Below, one piece after another: positions 10,642-23,208 of a stretch of DNA of 64,000 nt. The DNA is taken from assembly GCF_964204645.1 (NCBI RefSeq), contig NC_134034.1:4171814-4235813 (forward strand), in the 5' to 3' direction. The notes beneath the pieces are model-generated. The model made no database searches, was not told where the DNA came from, and saw nothing but the letters and a program-made list of their open reading frames with translations. Every line of letters starts with the position of its first letter. Position 1 is the first letter of the stretch. The position numbers were made by a program, and so were the translations under genes. The DNA comes from Tubulanus polymorphus. Its lineage: Eukaryota; Animalia; Nemertea.

Positions 10642-11833
10642 TTAAAATTTAAAATATAATATTCCTCCGATTACAATTCCTATACAAGTTATAGCTAATT
10701 TAGCATTTTCATGGGATTTATTATCATCATTTAGTTTAATTATATCATGTTGAATAATATCAGTTTTTATATTTTCTGATGTATTGTAATCTTTTATTTT
10801 GGAATCATTATTTAATTTAATATTCTTAGTTTTAGTTTCTGTTGATTGAATGTTTTTTATTTTTTTCCCTTCCATTAATTTTGGAGCAGTGATAATCTTT
10901 TTATTTATATCATTTAATCCAAATGAATTATTTATTGTTGCAGTTTTAATTAGATTATTATAACCAATTATATTTCCCATCTTTAATACTAAATCATTAG
11001 AAATAATTAATAGATTAGGGCCTATACAATAATTTAGTCTAATATGTGATTTATCTAAATAATTTTGATATCTTACAATGTTTTCTGGAATCGATCTATT
11101 TTTATCATTATGAATGGAATCTTCAAATAATACTTTAAATTGTTTCTGCGCATCGAATGAAGTGTTATCATTTCCAATTATTGGGGATCTTGTTTCAACT
11201 TGCGCACCTAAAATACATATCAAATAAGTTCTAATAGATTGATTTATTCTTTGTATTCCAGCTTTAGTAAAACCTTCACTATTTTCTAAAATGAAATTAA
11301 CCCAACCATTATTATTTTGTTGTTGTATATTATTATAATATTTTGGTAATTCATTCCAATTTAGTGTTCTTATATCTGAATTTGTCATTATTTTTCCAAA
11401 TTCTTTAGTATATAATATTCCTAATTTACCCATTGTTCCAATTTTTGCTCTAAAATCTTTATTTGTAATCATATTAAATTCATTACATATTTTATAAAAC
11501 TTAGAAAAATTAATATTATTATTCAATTCTTTAAAATATTTTGAACCTGGTAAAGGACATTCTAATTCATCTAATATTAATTTTATTTGAAAATAAGTAT
11601 GAAATCTAAAAAGTGATGGCCTCATTTAAATTTTTGAAATTAATTGTATACACATGAAATATATTTTCCATCTTTACATGAAAATTATTACTTTCAGTAA
11701 CATAAATATATAAATCAATTAATGAATTTAAAACTTCATTTCTATATGTAATATCTTAATTAAAATCTATTGCAGGAATATTATATTTAATTGATTTATT
11801 ATATCGGAAAGCATTTGGAAAACTATCTGCCAT
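10642..11833 (-). pseudogene. Polinton hypothetical protein with C-terminal membrane anchor; 5' part decayed
   Basis: 327-aa open part with GFTKAGIQRINQSIRTY, FDAQKQF, GYNN motifs and terminal LAITCIGIVIGGILYF; likely start TAAATG at 11833. Confidence 0.65.
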
Positions 11834-11849
11834 TTATATAATTAAAAAA

Positions 11850-12284
11850 TTAATAATTAACTAATTCTTTTAATAATTTATCTTGTTCTTCAACTGTTAT
11901 ATGGCCATTTAAACTTATTCTATAATCTAGTGTATTATTTAATTTATTAATTTCTTTTATATTAGTTTTAATTTTTTCTTTATTACTTTTTATATTTAAT
12001 TTTGAACTTATACCAGTTAATACACTTGATGATAATCCTAACACGCCAATTGATATAGCTAAAGGCGTTAATGGACTGAATATTGCTAAAAATGTTATTA
12101 CAGAACTAATTGTAACCGAACCACTAATAATAAGATAATATATAATTTTAGATTTTAAATATTTTTTCTTTTTAACTTTTAAGTCACTTTCAAATTCTAA
12201 TATTTGTTTTTTTAAATATGTTTTTAATTTAGTTTTATTTATATCATGAGGAATAATATCAATATTATCAACTTTATCTTCCAT
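11850..12284 (-). CDS. Two-TM membrane protein of the Polinton
   Basis: Intact 144-aa ORF with hydrophobic hairpin IIYYLIISGSVTISSVITFLAIFSPLTPLAISIGVLGLSSSVLTGI flanked by basic helices. Confidence 0.75.
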   Translation of the reverse strand: MEDKVDNIDIIPHDINKTKLKTYLKKQILEFESDLKVKKKKYLKSKIIYYLIISGSVTISSVITFLAIFSPLTPLAISIGVLGLSSSVLTGISSKLNIKSNKEKIKTNIKEINKLNNTLDYRISLNGHITVEEQDKLLKELVNY

Positions 12285-12301
12285 TTATTTAGCAAAAAAA
12301 A

Positions 12302-12727
12302 TTACTTATTAGTAAACTTATACGCTACAAATATAACAATAACTGTTCCGCCTAAAATCCAAATTATTTCATATTTCTTCTGTTCATTACTTGGGGTATA
12401 ATAATCTGATAATTTAGGTTTGTATAGATGTAATTTTTCTTTATTGGTTACCGCGTTATATAAACTCATTGCATCATCAACTGATTGAAAATCTCTATGT
12501 GAAATCTTCTGATTATATAATTCTTTATTGATGTAATCCATATAGTTTTGTCGTTTTTCTCTGTATTCTTCAGCTGCTTTATTGTATTTCTCTAATGCTA
12601 AGTTATGTCTTTTTTGTTCTGTTAATGATCCATTTTTATCAATATGCTTAAATAAATAACCACCACCAGTAAATGCTAAAGCGTTAACAATTGCCGATCC
12701 TATAATAGTTATAACTGCAGAAGCCAT
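12302..12727 (-). CDS. Polinton membrane protein (N- and C-terminal hydrophobic segments)
   Basis: Intact 141-aa ORF; MASAVITIIGSAIVNALAFTGG, EQKRHNLALEK, PKLSDYYTPS, terminal TM helix. Confidence 0.75.
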   Translation of the reverse strand: MASAVITIIGSAIVNALAFTGGGYLFKHIDKNGSLTEQKRHNLALEKYNKAAEEYREKRQNYMDYINKELYNQKISHRDFQSVDDAMSLYNAVTNKEKLHLYKPKLSDYYTPSNEQKKYEIIWILGGTVIVIFVAYKFTNK

Positions 12728-12751
12728 TTATTTAGTAAAATAATTATGCAT

Positions 12752-12874
12752 TTATATGGGAGGAATATATTTTTGTTTTTCTAAATAATCAATAGTTAAA
12801 TTAGATAAAGTAACTGCTAATGTTAATCTTAAAATATCATTGATATCAAATCTATCAACATTAACACTTCCCAT
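12752..12874 (-). pseudogene. 3' remnant of a small hydrophobic Polinton protein, 5' half deleted
   Basis: Reads MGSVNVDRFDINDILRLTLAVTLSNLTIDYLEKQKYIPPI*, directly abutting the pPolB truncation. Confidence 0.5.
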
Positions 12875-12878
12875 TGTA

Positions 12879-14009
12879 TTACTTCCCTTTTGTATTTGGC
12901 AATTTGATTAAATCAAATACATTTATTCTTAAATTATTATCTCTTTCTATTTTTGGGATGTTTTTAATTATAACAGGATACTTGTCTATCTTATAATTAT
13001 TTTCAAATGGTTTATAATGAGTTAATCTAAAACTATGTTGTTTATAATCTTCAACTGGGTGTAAACAACTTATTATAGCCCATAGAAAACATTTATCATC
13101 TTCATTTTGTACATTTATTACAGCATTAGTTTTAAATGGTAGTTTAATATAACTCGATGCTTTAATATCTGGTTCTTTATAATATGATACATTATTTTCA
13201 TCAATTGGTTTTGATTTAGTTAACTTATTATATTTTGTGTTATAAACATGTAAAGTCATAAATATTATTTCATCAAATATTAAACCAGATCCTTCAAAAT
13301 ATTTCTCTTCTATTTTAGTTTTTACTTCATTATAACATTTATCTAATTTATCATCTATATGTTGTTTAGATATAATATGTTGTGAATGAGAATTTATATT
13401 ATATATTGGTTTATCTTCAGATTTTATAAACTTTACTTTAACTGATATACTAATTTTAGGGTATTCAACATCAGTTATTATTTTTATTATTTCTTTCATA
13501 TTTTCTAAATGTTTTTTATTTTCTTCTAATGTTTTTCCTTTATGGAATTTAAACTCAATAGCTGCTGGGCCAATATCACTTTTAAATGCTTCGGTTATCT
13601 CTATATCTTTTTTATTATCCAATAAATTAATATATTTTCTTACATCTTCCATGTATGGTCTTTTATTGTTTAATTTATTTTTTATGCTTTTAATTGTCTT
13701 CTGTTTCTTATCATTATCTTCATCAAAATAATCTTCACCTAAAATATCATTATTCTTATTTCTAATATGACTTTTAGATTTTAAATGTTCTTTATAATAT
13801 CTTTTATCACTGAATGATTGATTACATGTATCACATTTGTATGTTTCTTTTTCATTCTTTAATACATCTAATTTAGTTTCTAATATATCATCTTCATATT
13901 CTAGTTTCAATTTATTCTCTAAATGTGTTTTAGTTTTATTGTGCCTTGCTTTTTGGGATTTATCTATATTGATATTACATGTTGGACAGTAGTACTTATT
14001 TGCTTCCAT
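12879..14009 (-). pseudogene. N-terminal part of protein-primed family B DNA polymerase (pPolB); exonuclease and polymerase domains deleted
   Basis: Two C2H2 fingers, then EGSGLIFDEI, SSYIKLP, INVQNEDDKCFLWAI, IERDNNLRINVF, the conserved N-terminal block of Polinton pPolBs; no Pol motifs follow. Confidence 0.85.
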
Positions 14010-14031
14010 TTTAATACTAAATTTTTTATTA

Positions 14032-14649
14032 AAATTGATTTTAGAAGTTCAATGATTTATATCATGTATTATTTCAATCACACTTTACTAACACTTTTAA
14101 TGTTTAAAAATCTAACTCATACAAATATAAATATTGAAATAATGTTGTAAATATATCTATATATCTATTCTATAAGAGCTTACACTTTTATATTGAATAA
14201 TCTGTCAATTTAAATGTTATTCATGTATATGATTATTTTAAGAGTAATAGGGGTAATGGGCTTTCAGGTTAAAGGTTGAATGGTCGAGTTCATTAAAAAC
14301 AATTATTAAAAGTAATTTAAAACTATAATATATTTTCATAACCGTGTGTTTTTCAGTTGAATAATAGAATAATAATTATTATTAAAATATATTTGATTAT
14401 ATGAATTTGTGTATTGTAAATAAATCAATTGGTCGCGGAGCGGAGCGGTAGCGAAGCGGAGCGACCAATATGCAATACAATATGCATATAAAATTTAAAT
14501 TATTAATATCTTAGAATAAATATTTAGTTATAATATGAAATGCACACGGTTATGAAAATATATTATAGTTTTAAATTACTTTAATGTTTTGTTTTTTAAT
14601 GAGCTCGACCGTTCGACCTTTGGCTTGAAAGCCCATTACCCCTATTACT
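14032..14649 (-). repeat. Right terminal inverted repeat, containing internal palindrome 14243-14649
   Basis: Reverse complement of 1690-2310 with a few substitutions. Confidence 0.95.
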
Positions 14650-15365
14650 TCTTTATTATCTTGGCTTTATAGTGTAGACGTGTTTGCATTGTTTTTGAGT
14701 TTCTTTATTATCTTGGCTTTACAATGTAGACGTGTTTGCATTGTTTTTGAGTTTCTTTATTATCTTGGCTTTATAATGTAGACGTGTTTGCATTGTTTTT
14801 GAGTTTCTTTATTATTTTGGCTTTATAATGTAGACGTGTTTGCATTGTTTTTGAGTTTCTTTATTACCCTGGCTTTATAATGTAGACGTGTTTGCATTGT
14901 TTTTGAGTTTCTTTATTATTTTGGCTTTATAATGTAGACGTGTTTGCATTGTTTTTGAGTTTCTTTATTATCTTGGCTTTATAATGTAGACGTGTTTGCA
15001 TTGTTTTTGAGTTTCTTTATTATCCTGGCTTTATAATGTAGACGTGTTTGCATTGTTTTTGAGTTTCTTTATTATCTTGGCTTTATAGTGTAGACGTGTT
15101 TGCATTGTTTTTGAGTTTCTTTATTATCTTGGCTTTATAATGTAGACGTGTTTGCATTGTTTTTGAGTTTCTTTATTATCCTGGCTTTATAGTGTAGACG
15201 TGTTTGCATTGTTTTTGAGTTTCTTTATTATTTTGGCTTTATAATGTAGACGTGTTTGCATTGTTTTTGAGTTTCTTTATTATTTTGGCTTTATAGTGTA
15301 GACGTGTTTGCATTGTTTTTGAGTTTCTTTATTATTTTGGCTTTATAGTGTAGACGTGTTTGCAC
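14650..15365. repeat. 52-bp minisatellite, ~13.7 copies
   Basis: Highly similar tandem units TTGTTTTTGAGTTTCTTTATTATYTTGGCTTTATARTGTAGACGTGTTTGCA. Confidence 0.97.
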
Positions 15366-16774
15366 TAACGAGCCTGAATGGATTCTCAATTTCAATCTCT
15401 ATTCAACTAAAACTATATCGTATTAACCAGTGCGCATGCGCGTCTACGTGGAGTAAATCGTTCATTAATACGTAATTAAGGCTGGCCGAAATTTAGTATA
15501 CGTTAATTTACGACCTGATTTTTACTGTAATATATTGTTGTGCGGTTTCGTCACTGGAAACTGATAGAGCTGTTTGTATTTGTATGTGTCACAGATGGTC
15601 AGCTAACCAGGCTTTTATGTCGCTGAATTGAATTGGTTTGAGATCCAAGTCAGAAACGAAGCAACAAGAACTAGAGTACTATAAACGCTATTGATTAAGA
15701 ACTGACCTTAGATAACGAACGAAATTGAAATTGAAATTTATTTTCATTACGATGTTGCATTATTCGACGATATAATAAGTATGATTAAACGAAGGAAAAT
15801 GTAACAGGATAATGGGGCTACACGGAGAGACTGAAACAGTCTATCTAAGCCGTATCACCCAGAAGCATCCACACCACATTCATCTCACTCACACATCATG
15901 CACACAAGTAATTAACAGGCGAAAAGAAACAACAAAAAAAATGTTTAACATATTACACATTAACATAGGTTTGTATAGAATGAAAATTTCCGAAGTGTTG
16001 AATAATGATTTAATGTAGGTACGAACAAATAATGGCACGTTTATAACTTCTATGTGAACAGCTCTGCGGTACTGAACATCTGAACCCAGTGAATCCTGCA
16101 GGTTTCACTGGGAAACTGGAAATTGGAAACGAAGATGGAACTATAGGTTATAGACGTGTTCAATTGGGAAAATGTATTTCCCTCGGGGTAGGTTATAATA
16201 ATCGAACCAATGAACTCCGAATGGTGGTACACATAAATCACACCTTCATCACGTACATCAATTATAACCGCCTTCGTATTGACACAAAATCACAGAAAAC
16301 ACGCGCAAGACTACGTAGGCCTACGCCCCCTGACGACAAGTAATGTCGTCATCCTCTTACACAAAAAAATGTGACTACGGTGTGAAAAAACGTCATATGC
16401 TGATCCGATTACGCTAATGTGCATCTAACATACTCTGTTGTTCGACTGTATGTGTGTTTGCAGCAGATGTGGGTTCGGAGCCCTGGCTTATCATATATAA
16501 TAACACATGTTTGGGTATTTACGAATGCAGTATCAACAAAATCCTCAGATAAAACTCTATCTTCAATGCAAAATTATACATTGTATCTCAAAACATGAAA
16601 AAGTTACAATCAATAACACAAAATTACCAATTTTTTGAGGCGCCTTCCTAAAAGTGACGTATGCTTTTTAAACTGCAACTATATCCGATTGTTGCAGCCG
16701 AGAAAAATAAAATAAACACCATCGGAAAATAGAAATGTTCACCTTTCTAACGATACATGGCTATAATTTTTGTG

Positions 16775-16872
16775 CTATTACTATTACTATTACTAATACT
16801 ATTAATACTAATACTAATACTATTACTATTATTATTATTACTATCATTATTATTATTATCATTATTATTATT
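16775..16872. repeat. Imperfect (ATT/ACT)n microsatellite
   Basis: Low-complexity trinucleotide run. Confidence 0.9.
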
Positions 16873-18613
16873 AACTATTTATTTATTCGTGTACATTGTA
16901 TTTGTTTTTTTTTTTATTTACTCTTCCAAAATTGGCAAAACTGATTTTAGCTGATTACTCATGTCATCATCTCATCATCCATCCCGTCCCTTATTAAAAG
17001 TTACCGTCGAAATGAAATTGAACTTCAATTAGTACACCCTATGATGCTTGATGGTCCTTATATTTTACGTAGCTTGTATTTACCGATAACTGTATTTTTA
17101 GGAAATTGTTCATTGAATAAATATGTACGACAGTGAGGGATTCCTCCATTTTCCTGCGTCCTGTTGTATCTAACCCTTGTCGACTATTATCACTTTGCCG
17201 AGAAAATAATCTGCACCAGAACAAAGATGATATATAAGTAATATTTTATTTTCACAGAGGCTTTATCTTACTGGTAACAACTCGAACAATCCATTTTAAT
17301 CATTCATACAAGTAGATTCAATGCAATGTCCTTTCATATGTAATTCTATTATTTAACTATATGAATATAAATATATATTTTAAATTTGTTTATTCGAGAA
17401 CACAAATAATACACGAGTAATATTCTTTTTCTCAGAGGCGTTACCTGACAGGCAACAGCTCGAACAATACATATTCCCGTGCATTTCACACATTTAAACA
17501 CAAAGTAATAGATAGGCGGCAGCACCCACCGGTAAACTCAATACGAAGGATTTATACCCGGTAACATGTGTTTATAAGAAAAGATCAGTCAAGCATAAAA
17601 CCCGTTATCGCTGCTGTGCAGCTATATGCATTTCTATCAGCATTCCCTCCCTACAAAAAATATATATTTTTTGGAATCATATTGGACCATATTATAACAA
17701 ACCTGATATTAACGGGGGCGTCGTCTCCGATTGCGTTAAACTGGAAATTGGCCACACGTTATTATCAAAATCGTGACAAGCAATATTTCCACGAGTTCTG
17801 CAATCATTACAGTGAGGTTCGGCCGTACATTATGAAGAGTCACGTCTCTGCAGATCGTCAGTGGCATTGGTACCAGCAAATTTAAACGATTGTGAACGAC
17901 GTATTTTCCCTTCCAAGGCCGATTCAACCTTGCAAATGGTGTTGGTACGATTATTTCTCCAGGGCTTTACTATGAATATGCAAATTAGATACCATACATC
18001 TTGATTTCCGTGTCCGGCGTACGTACGACCGCTGTAACAACCCGAGTCATTCAGCGCCAATTAACCGCCATAAATCATCGATAAATACGCCTTATTGGCC
18101 ACCGTACATTCGATTGCGGGCACACATTAGACACAGTGTCAGCTCGCGATAATTCGGAAAGATTCGATTTCAAGTCATCTACACCGGCGTACGAAACTAT
18201 TCGATTTCAAGTCATTTGTTCTCTGCATATAATATATAACTACGTTACCGGGAAATAAAGAATAATCGAATTGAATGAATCTACGCCGGTGTGATTTCAA
18301 TCGGGGTTTACACCGACCTGGCAGGTCTGTTTTAGACCCAACCGGGGCCCGGTCGAATTTGTCAAGGGGCTTCACTATTGGCGCGATTAATTTTCAGCTA
18401 TTTCGTCGGTAATACGACGACAATTCGCCATTTTTACATTTGTGTCATTTTGTTATGCCAACATATCAACCCGTTCCCGGTCAAATCATTCAAATCGTAG
18501 ATGCAGATCTGCAGCTAAATTTCTTCATGGTTTTGGTCGCAATTTTATGGAGCAATATAAAGAATAATTTTCGTACGTGCTGACGACTATCATTGTTTAA
18601 ATCTTTGAACCAA

Positions 18614-18860
18614 TGGGGAACCCGCAACACTACCTATCCCACCAGATGGCGTGACGAGCAATTGGTCTTCCGTAGTCAAAATTAGCTCATTTTCAATGAA
18701 CTTTGAATCGAATTTTTAGACTCCCGAATCCATATATAATCACAGCAAATGTACAAATAAATTCATTCTACGTAGATATCGGTATAGTTTCAATTAAAAG
18801 TAGATCAAAAAGAGAAAAGTTCACTCAGATTTGATTGAAATATGAGAAACCGAACGTGAA
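18614..18860 (+). mobile_element. Partial copy of interspersed MITE family X (GGGGAACC terminus)
   Basis: CCCACCAGATGGCGTGACGAG...CAAAATTAGCTCATTTTCAATGA shared with 47212-47559, 60234-60980 and inverted copies near 45310-45640 and 48140-48530. Confidence 0.7.
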
Positions 18861-21800
18861 AATTGAAATTGAAATTTATTTACACTCATCACCTCAATGA
18901 GAGGTATACAGAGAGACATCAAGGAATACTAACAATTATGAAATATAACATGAAATATAAAATAAGCAATAAATTTGACAGAGAAAAATTTTGGACCGGT
19001 CTAAATATGCGTGTGTGGACAGAAACTGGTACCAGGTCCGGTCTAAATCGTAATTCTGAATCTCTGTTGTAGATGTCGCAACCTCTGCGGCAGAGTGTGA
19101 GTCCGGTTTATTAAGTTTTAAATGCTTTTATTACCGTTTATGTAATTATTTTTAAGTACTCTTTTTCCTCCCATTGAATGGAAATGTTTGGAGCGTAATT
19201 CGTATTCGTATATCGCGATCATCATCCGTTTTACTGCCGTGCTTTGAACCGTGTTTAAACGACATTTAGAGTTTCAGCGTGATAGAATTAAATCGAACTC
19301 GCAAAAATGTATAAACGTGACATAGGATCGAATTGGTCAAATGAAGAATGTCTTGTTCCACTTGGAATCTGGAAGCAAGACTTCATCCAGGCGCAATTAA
19401 TTATTTAGCAGATGGTGACATCTTGTGGGCCCGATGACAAGCGATTTTATCACCGCGTGTCAAAACGCCGTGTGAACGCTTACCAAAATTTGGTCCGGTC
19501 TAAATTTGGACCGGACCAGGTACGGACCCGCTCTATATTAGACCGCTAATATTTAGACCGCTCTAACTAGTTGTCGTGTGAACGCGGCTTTAGAAATTAA
19601 TGAATTAGTTCGAGCGTGGTCTGGTATTGTTCGCATCTGACGTCATTGCCGAACTCGCATTGGAACTAGTTCGACCCAATGATAAACAAAGCTGACTTAA
19701 ACCGCCCACGTAATATCGGTATACATTTCATTCCAAAAATACAATATACATAAAACACCTGCAGCACCTACCGGTCGACTGTGTATACACGTATACCAAA
19801 AGAAAATCGATCTGTGTCACGTTTGATTAACAGCTAATCCGCCGGTTAGCGTGCCGGCATCTAAAGTTACAAAATAACGAGGAAAATAAATCAAAATACT
19901 CATAGTTTGATATCGTAACAGATGCTCATCTTCCATTTCCGTATACTAATTAAGGGATGGAAACATTTCATTTCGTCAACACTTCTATACAATCAATTAG
20001 GGGTGTGCACGTGCCAATGGGAATGTCTACGGTGCTTCGTTTTCGAATATACGTACAGGGTAATCTCCCAAACACATTGCGAAGTGCGGACGATCATTTC
20101 GTGTTACTGCGCTAATAGAAGATCCGATTAAACTGGTATTTGTAGTTCATTGTCAATTTAAGGAAGTGATGGGTGAAGCATCACGACACACGCTTAAGTG
20201 TGGACTATCACTTTTTGATTATGCGCTGATAAATTGCCTAATGTGTGTAGTACATAACTCAGGTCTCATGAATGGAAGTCAGAATAGTGATTGCGTCTTG
20301 TCTAAACGCCGAAGGGAGGGTGAGAGCTGCAAATAATTACCGTTATCTTGTGACTTGACTTCTACACTGGCGGCTGAGTTGGGCGTGGGAGGTAACAACG
20401 GTTAAGAGAACGATTCGTCAATTATCATTCGTAAACCATCGGCAGTAACCGATACAGCATCTAGTTGATGGTTTTTACACAATGATCAAGTGACTTACAA
20501 GATTAAATCTACTTTCTTAAACTGCGGATATCATTTGGCGGAAATATCGTATACAAAGGAACAATATATTTTCAACTAAAAAGGTGGATATAGATATCGA
20601 TCGAATTGTTTCATCTATATTCAGAGGGAATGATATCTAACCTATTCGCGTTTAAGGTTTGTGGATACGTAGTCCAAGGTAAGACAATTCGACCTTTCTA
20701 TTTGTCAATCTGCAGCTGGAGCATTCACCACTTCTGTGATGTAAAGTACTGAACACACGTGAAGTCGGACCATCACTTTTTGAATGTGTGCTGATACCTT
20801 ACCTTCGGTATGCTTGTCTGATATCAGTTGTTTATTGTTTTTTTATTTGAACATCTCGAGGTAAACTTCTCTAAAACATACGAAGCCTTATGACGAATAT
20901 TGTAAAGGGTGTTGACAAAATTTCGAATGGTGTTTGTGTTGTTTAGTTCATCTTTAATTAGAAATGCATTGGATTTTTTTAGCTGGCTATGCTGGTATAA
21001 ACCACGCGGTAATTGGTTCGTGTTTATGTGACCTTATTGATCCATAATGAACTAATTAAAGGACCCCTTTATTTGACTATGGGCTACCGATATCGTCATA
21101 GGTGCATCGAATGCGATGCAATTATAATATTGTGCGCTGGTTTCAATGAATGCCGGAAAATGCCGCAACTGTTTTTTTAAACAAAAAGTATGATAGATTA
21201 AGTACTGCTTATGGGTGTTATTGTAACTAGGAATGGGTGCTGAAATACAATAATATCTTGAATATCTTGAATGGAACTAGATAAATCATTTTTATTTTCA
21301 TTTTGACACCCGGCTCGCTGGGCCTATAAGTCACCTAAGAATTTATGGTTGGTCACCTTCTACAAAATAGAAAAAAGTATGTTAGAATACATAAATATGT
21401 AACGGTTTTTTGGTGGAATTTACTTAACATAGATTCCGTTTTTCAAAAATTTGTTGTTTAACTCAAAACATGAATCAGAATTAACTTAATTTTTTCCTAG
21501 TGACACTTTTTCCTACAGCGCAAAAAGTGGTATTTTTCCGATGGCTTTTATTCCTACGTATGTTGCAAACTTTGGTGGCATTTTTTCCCGGTAGCATTAT
21601 TCTCATATACCGATTGAAATACTACACCGCACTTAATGTATTAAAAACTGCTATTCACTGAAAATAGAACTGTTAGTTTGAAAGACATGTTGACATATTC
21701 GCTGACTCGAACTAAACTGTTTCGGCGAGGAGTTTTTAAGAGATACCACGCGATATATTCCACAGTTCTTTATTTCATTAATGAATATTTCAGCAGTTTG

Positions 21801-22015
21801 ATTATCTTGTTTAGCGCCGGCGTCTATTTTCTACGATTGATTGAAATAAAAACAAAAAAAACCTTTTACTTGAAAGTTTATTGGCAACTTGAAAAATAAC
21901 ACATTTTTGCTCAATATTGTCGACAGTAAACAATATGACATAAATCAATATTAAGGATCCATTTTGGATTTTGGATTAAATACACCGATGGTTGAATTGA
22001 ATTGACCGACAGCGA

Positions 22016-22238
22016 GGGCGAACTTCGGTTTCTCCCTATAGTCGACTAATAACCGAACGCACTTAAGCTCGGTCCTAACGCATTTCCCACTGTCGGCCAT
22101 CTCAAAACTAGGTCCGAACTACAGCGACCATGCTCAATCGCGTGGTCGACCATTTCCGGACTATAGTTCGGACTAACTGTCATTCGGTTTAACTTACTTC
22201 GACTTAAGTCGACTAACTCCGATCACCGAAGTTCGCCC
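22016..22238. mobile_element. MITE with 14-bp perfect TIR
   Basis: GGGCGAACTTCGGT ... ACCGAAGTTCGCCC. Confidence 0.75.
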
Positions 22239-22964
22239 AGACTTAACTACAATAGAAAATTTACTACAATATATTCAGAAATTAATGTAATTGTTATTTT
22301 CAAATAGATGCCAATATTGATGACGTAGTTCACATCGATCGACTCGCACAGAACCCCTCAAATAACGCGTAGTAGGCATCGATCTATATAAACATCATTG
22401 TAACGGTTTTTACGGCGTCAAAAAACTACATCATATCGTCTGCTATTAATCAGTTGTTGCTATTTTCATCGGCTCGATATCGCGTATATGCACGTTTTCT
22501 CATACGACTTCGCCCAATAAATGCCACTAAGCTCCGTAACATGCAAAGTGCATTTTCCTTACGGCTACAAAGGATCTTCTTTTGCAATAACGTACATGTT
22601 ATCATTTGCCTATAATTATGATTTAGCATGTTGTTTTTCATATAGCGGGGGCACGGTAGTAGTTGTGCGATCGATATCACTCCGGCAACTAAATTGGTGA
22701 GCTGGTACAGCCTTGAGACTTCACAGACACTATTTACCCTTACCCTTAAACCTGTGATTTTCGATTTTAGAATCAAACCTCTGTTTCGCTCCCGGTTTGT
22801 GAAGGACCCGAATCATAAAACCAATAAACCGGAATCCCCCAATCAAATAGATAATCCCTATTCTAAGATCGAAACCCGTTTCGATATCATGGAATAGGGT
22901 CGACGACATACGTTTTGTCAGAAATGCACTGAATGCTTGAAACAGTGTAAATGATCCTTCTCCA

Positions 22965-23208
22965 CAGGGGCGGACCCAGAGCTTATTGAGGGGTAGCACC
23001 CGATAAAAAGGGCGAAAATTATCAAAAAGAGGCACTATCCATGTGTAGTGTATGGCAAGGGATCTGGTCGCCCATCGCGCAGATGCCATTTCCAAGGATT
23101 TGAGCTGTTTCAACCAAAGAAAATACACACAGAGTCTATGGACGTCCTCAGATGGTTCAACTGACAATCTAGAGGGTAGTACGTGTGCTACCCCTGGACC
23201 TTCGTCTG
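22965..23208. mobile_element. MITE (CAGGGGCGGA-type termini), diverged
   Basis: CAGGGGCGGACCCAG...AGGGGTAGCAC at left; GTGCTACCCCTGGACCTTCGTCTG at right. Confidence 0.55.

Larger units (their letters stand above)
1690..14649. mobile_element. Polinton/Maverick (adintovirus-like) endogenous DNA virus, internally deleted and decayed
   Basis: 5'-AGTAATAGGGG...CCCCTATTACT-3' termini, ~620-bp TIRs, 6-bp TSD TCTTTA (1684-1689 and 14650-14655), rve integrase, A32-like ATPase, capsid-like and pPolB N-terminal ORFs, strongly AT-rich relative to flanks. Confidence 0.95.

Noticed and set aside
14650-15365. CRISPR-like array
   Set aside because: Contiguous near-identical units with no unique spacers; eukaryotic context
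16101-16187. Possible internal exon (CAG...GTAGGT; GFTGKLEIGNEDG...)
   Set aside because: Splice signals plausible but no recognisable protein or partner exons
16735-16954. Poly-Ile/poly-Leu ORFs
   Set aside because: Translation of a trinucleotide microsatellite
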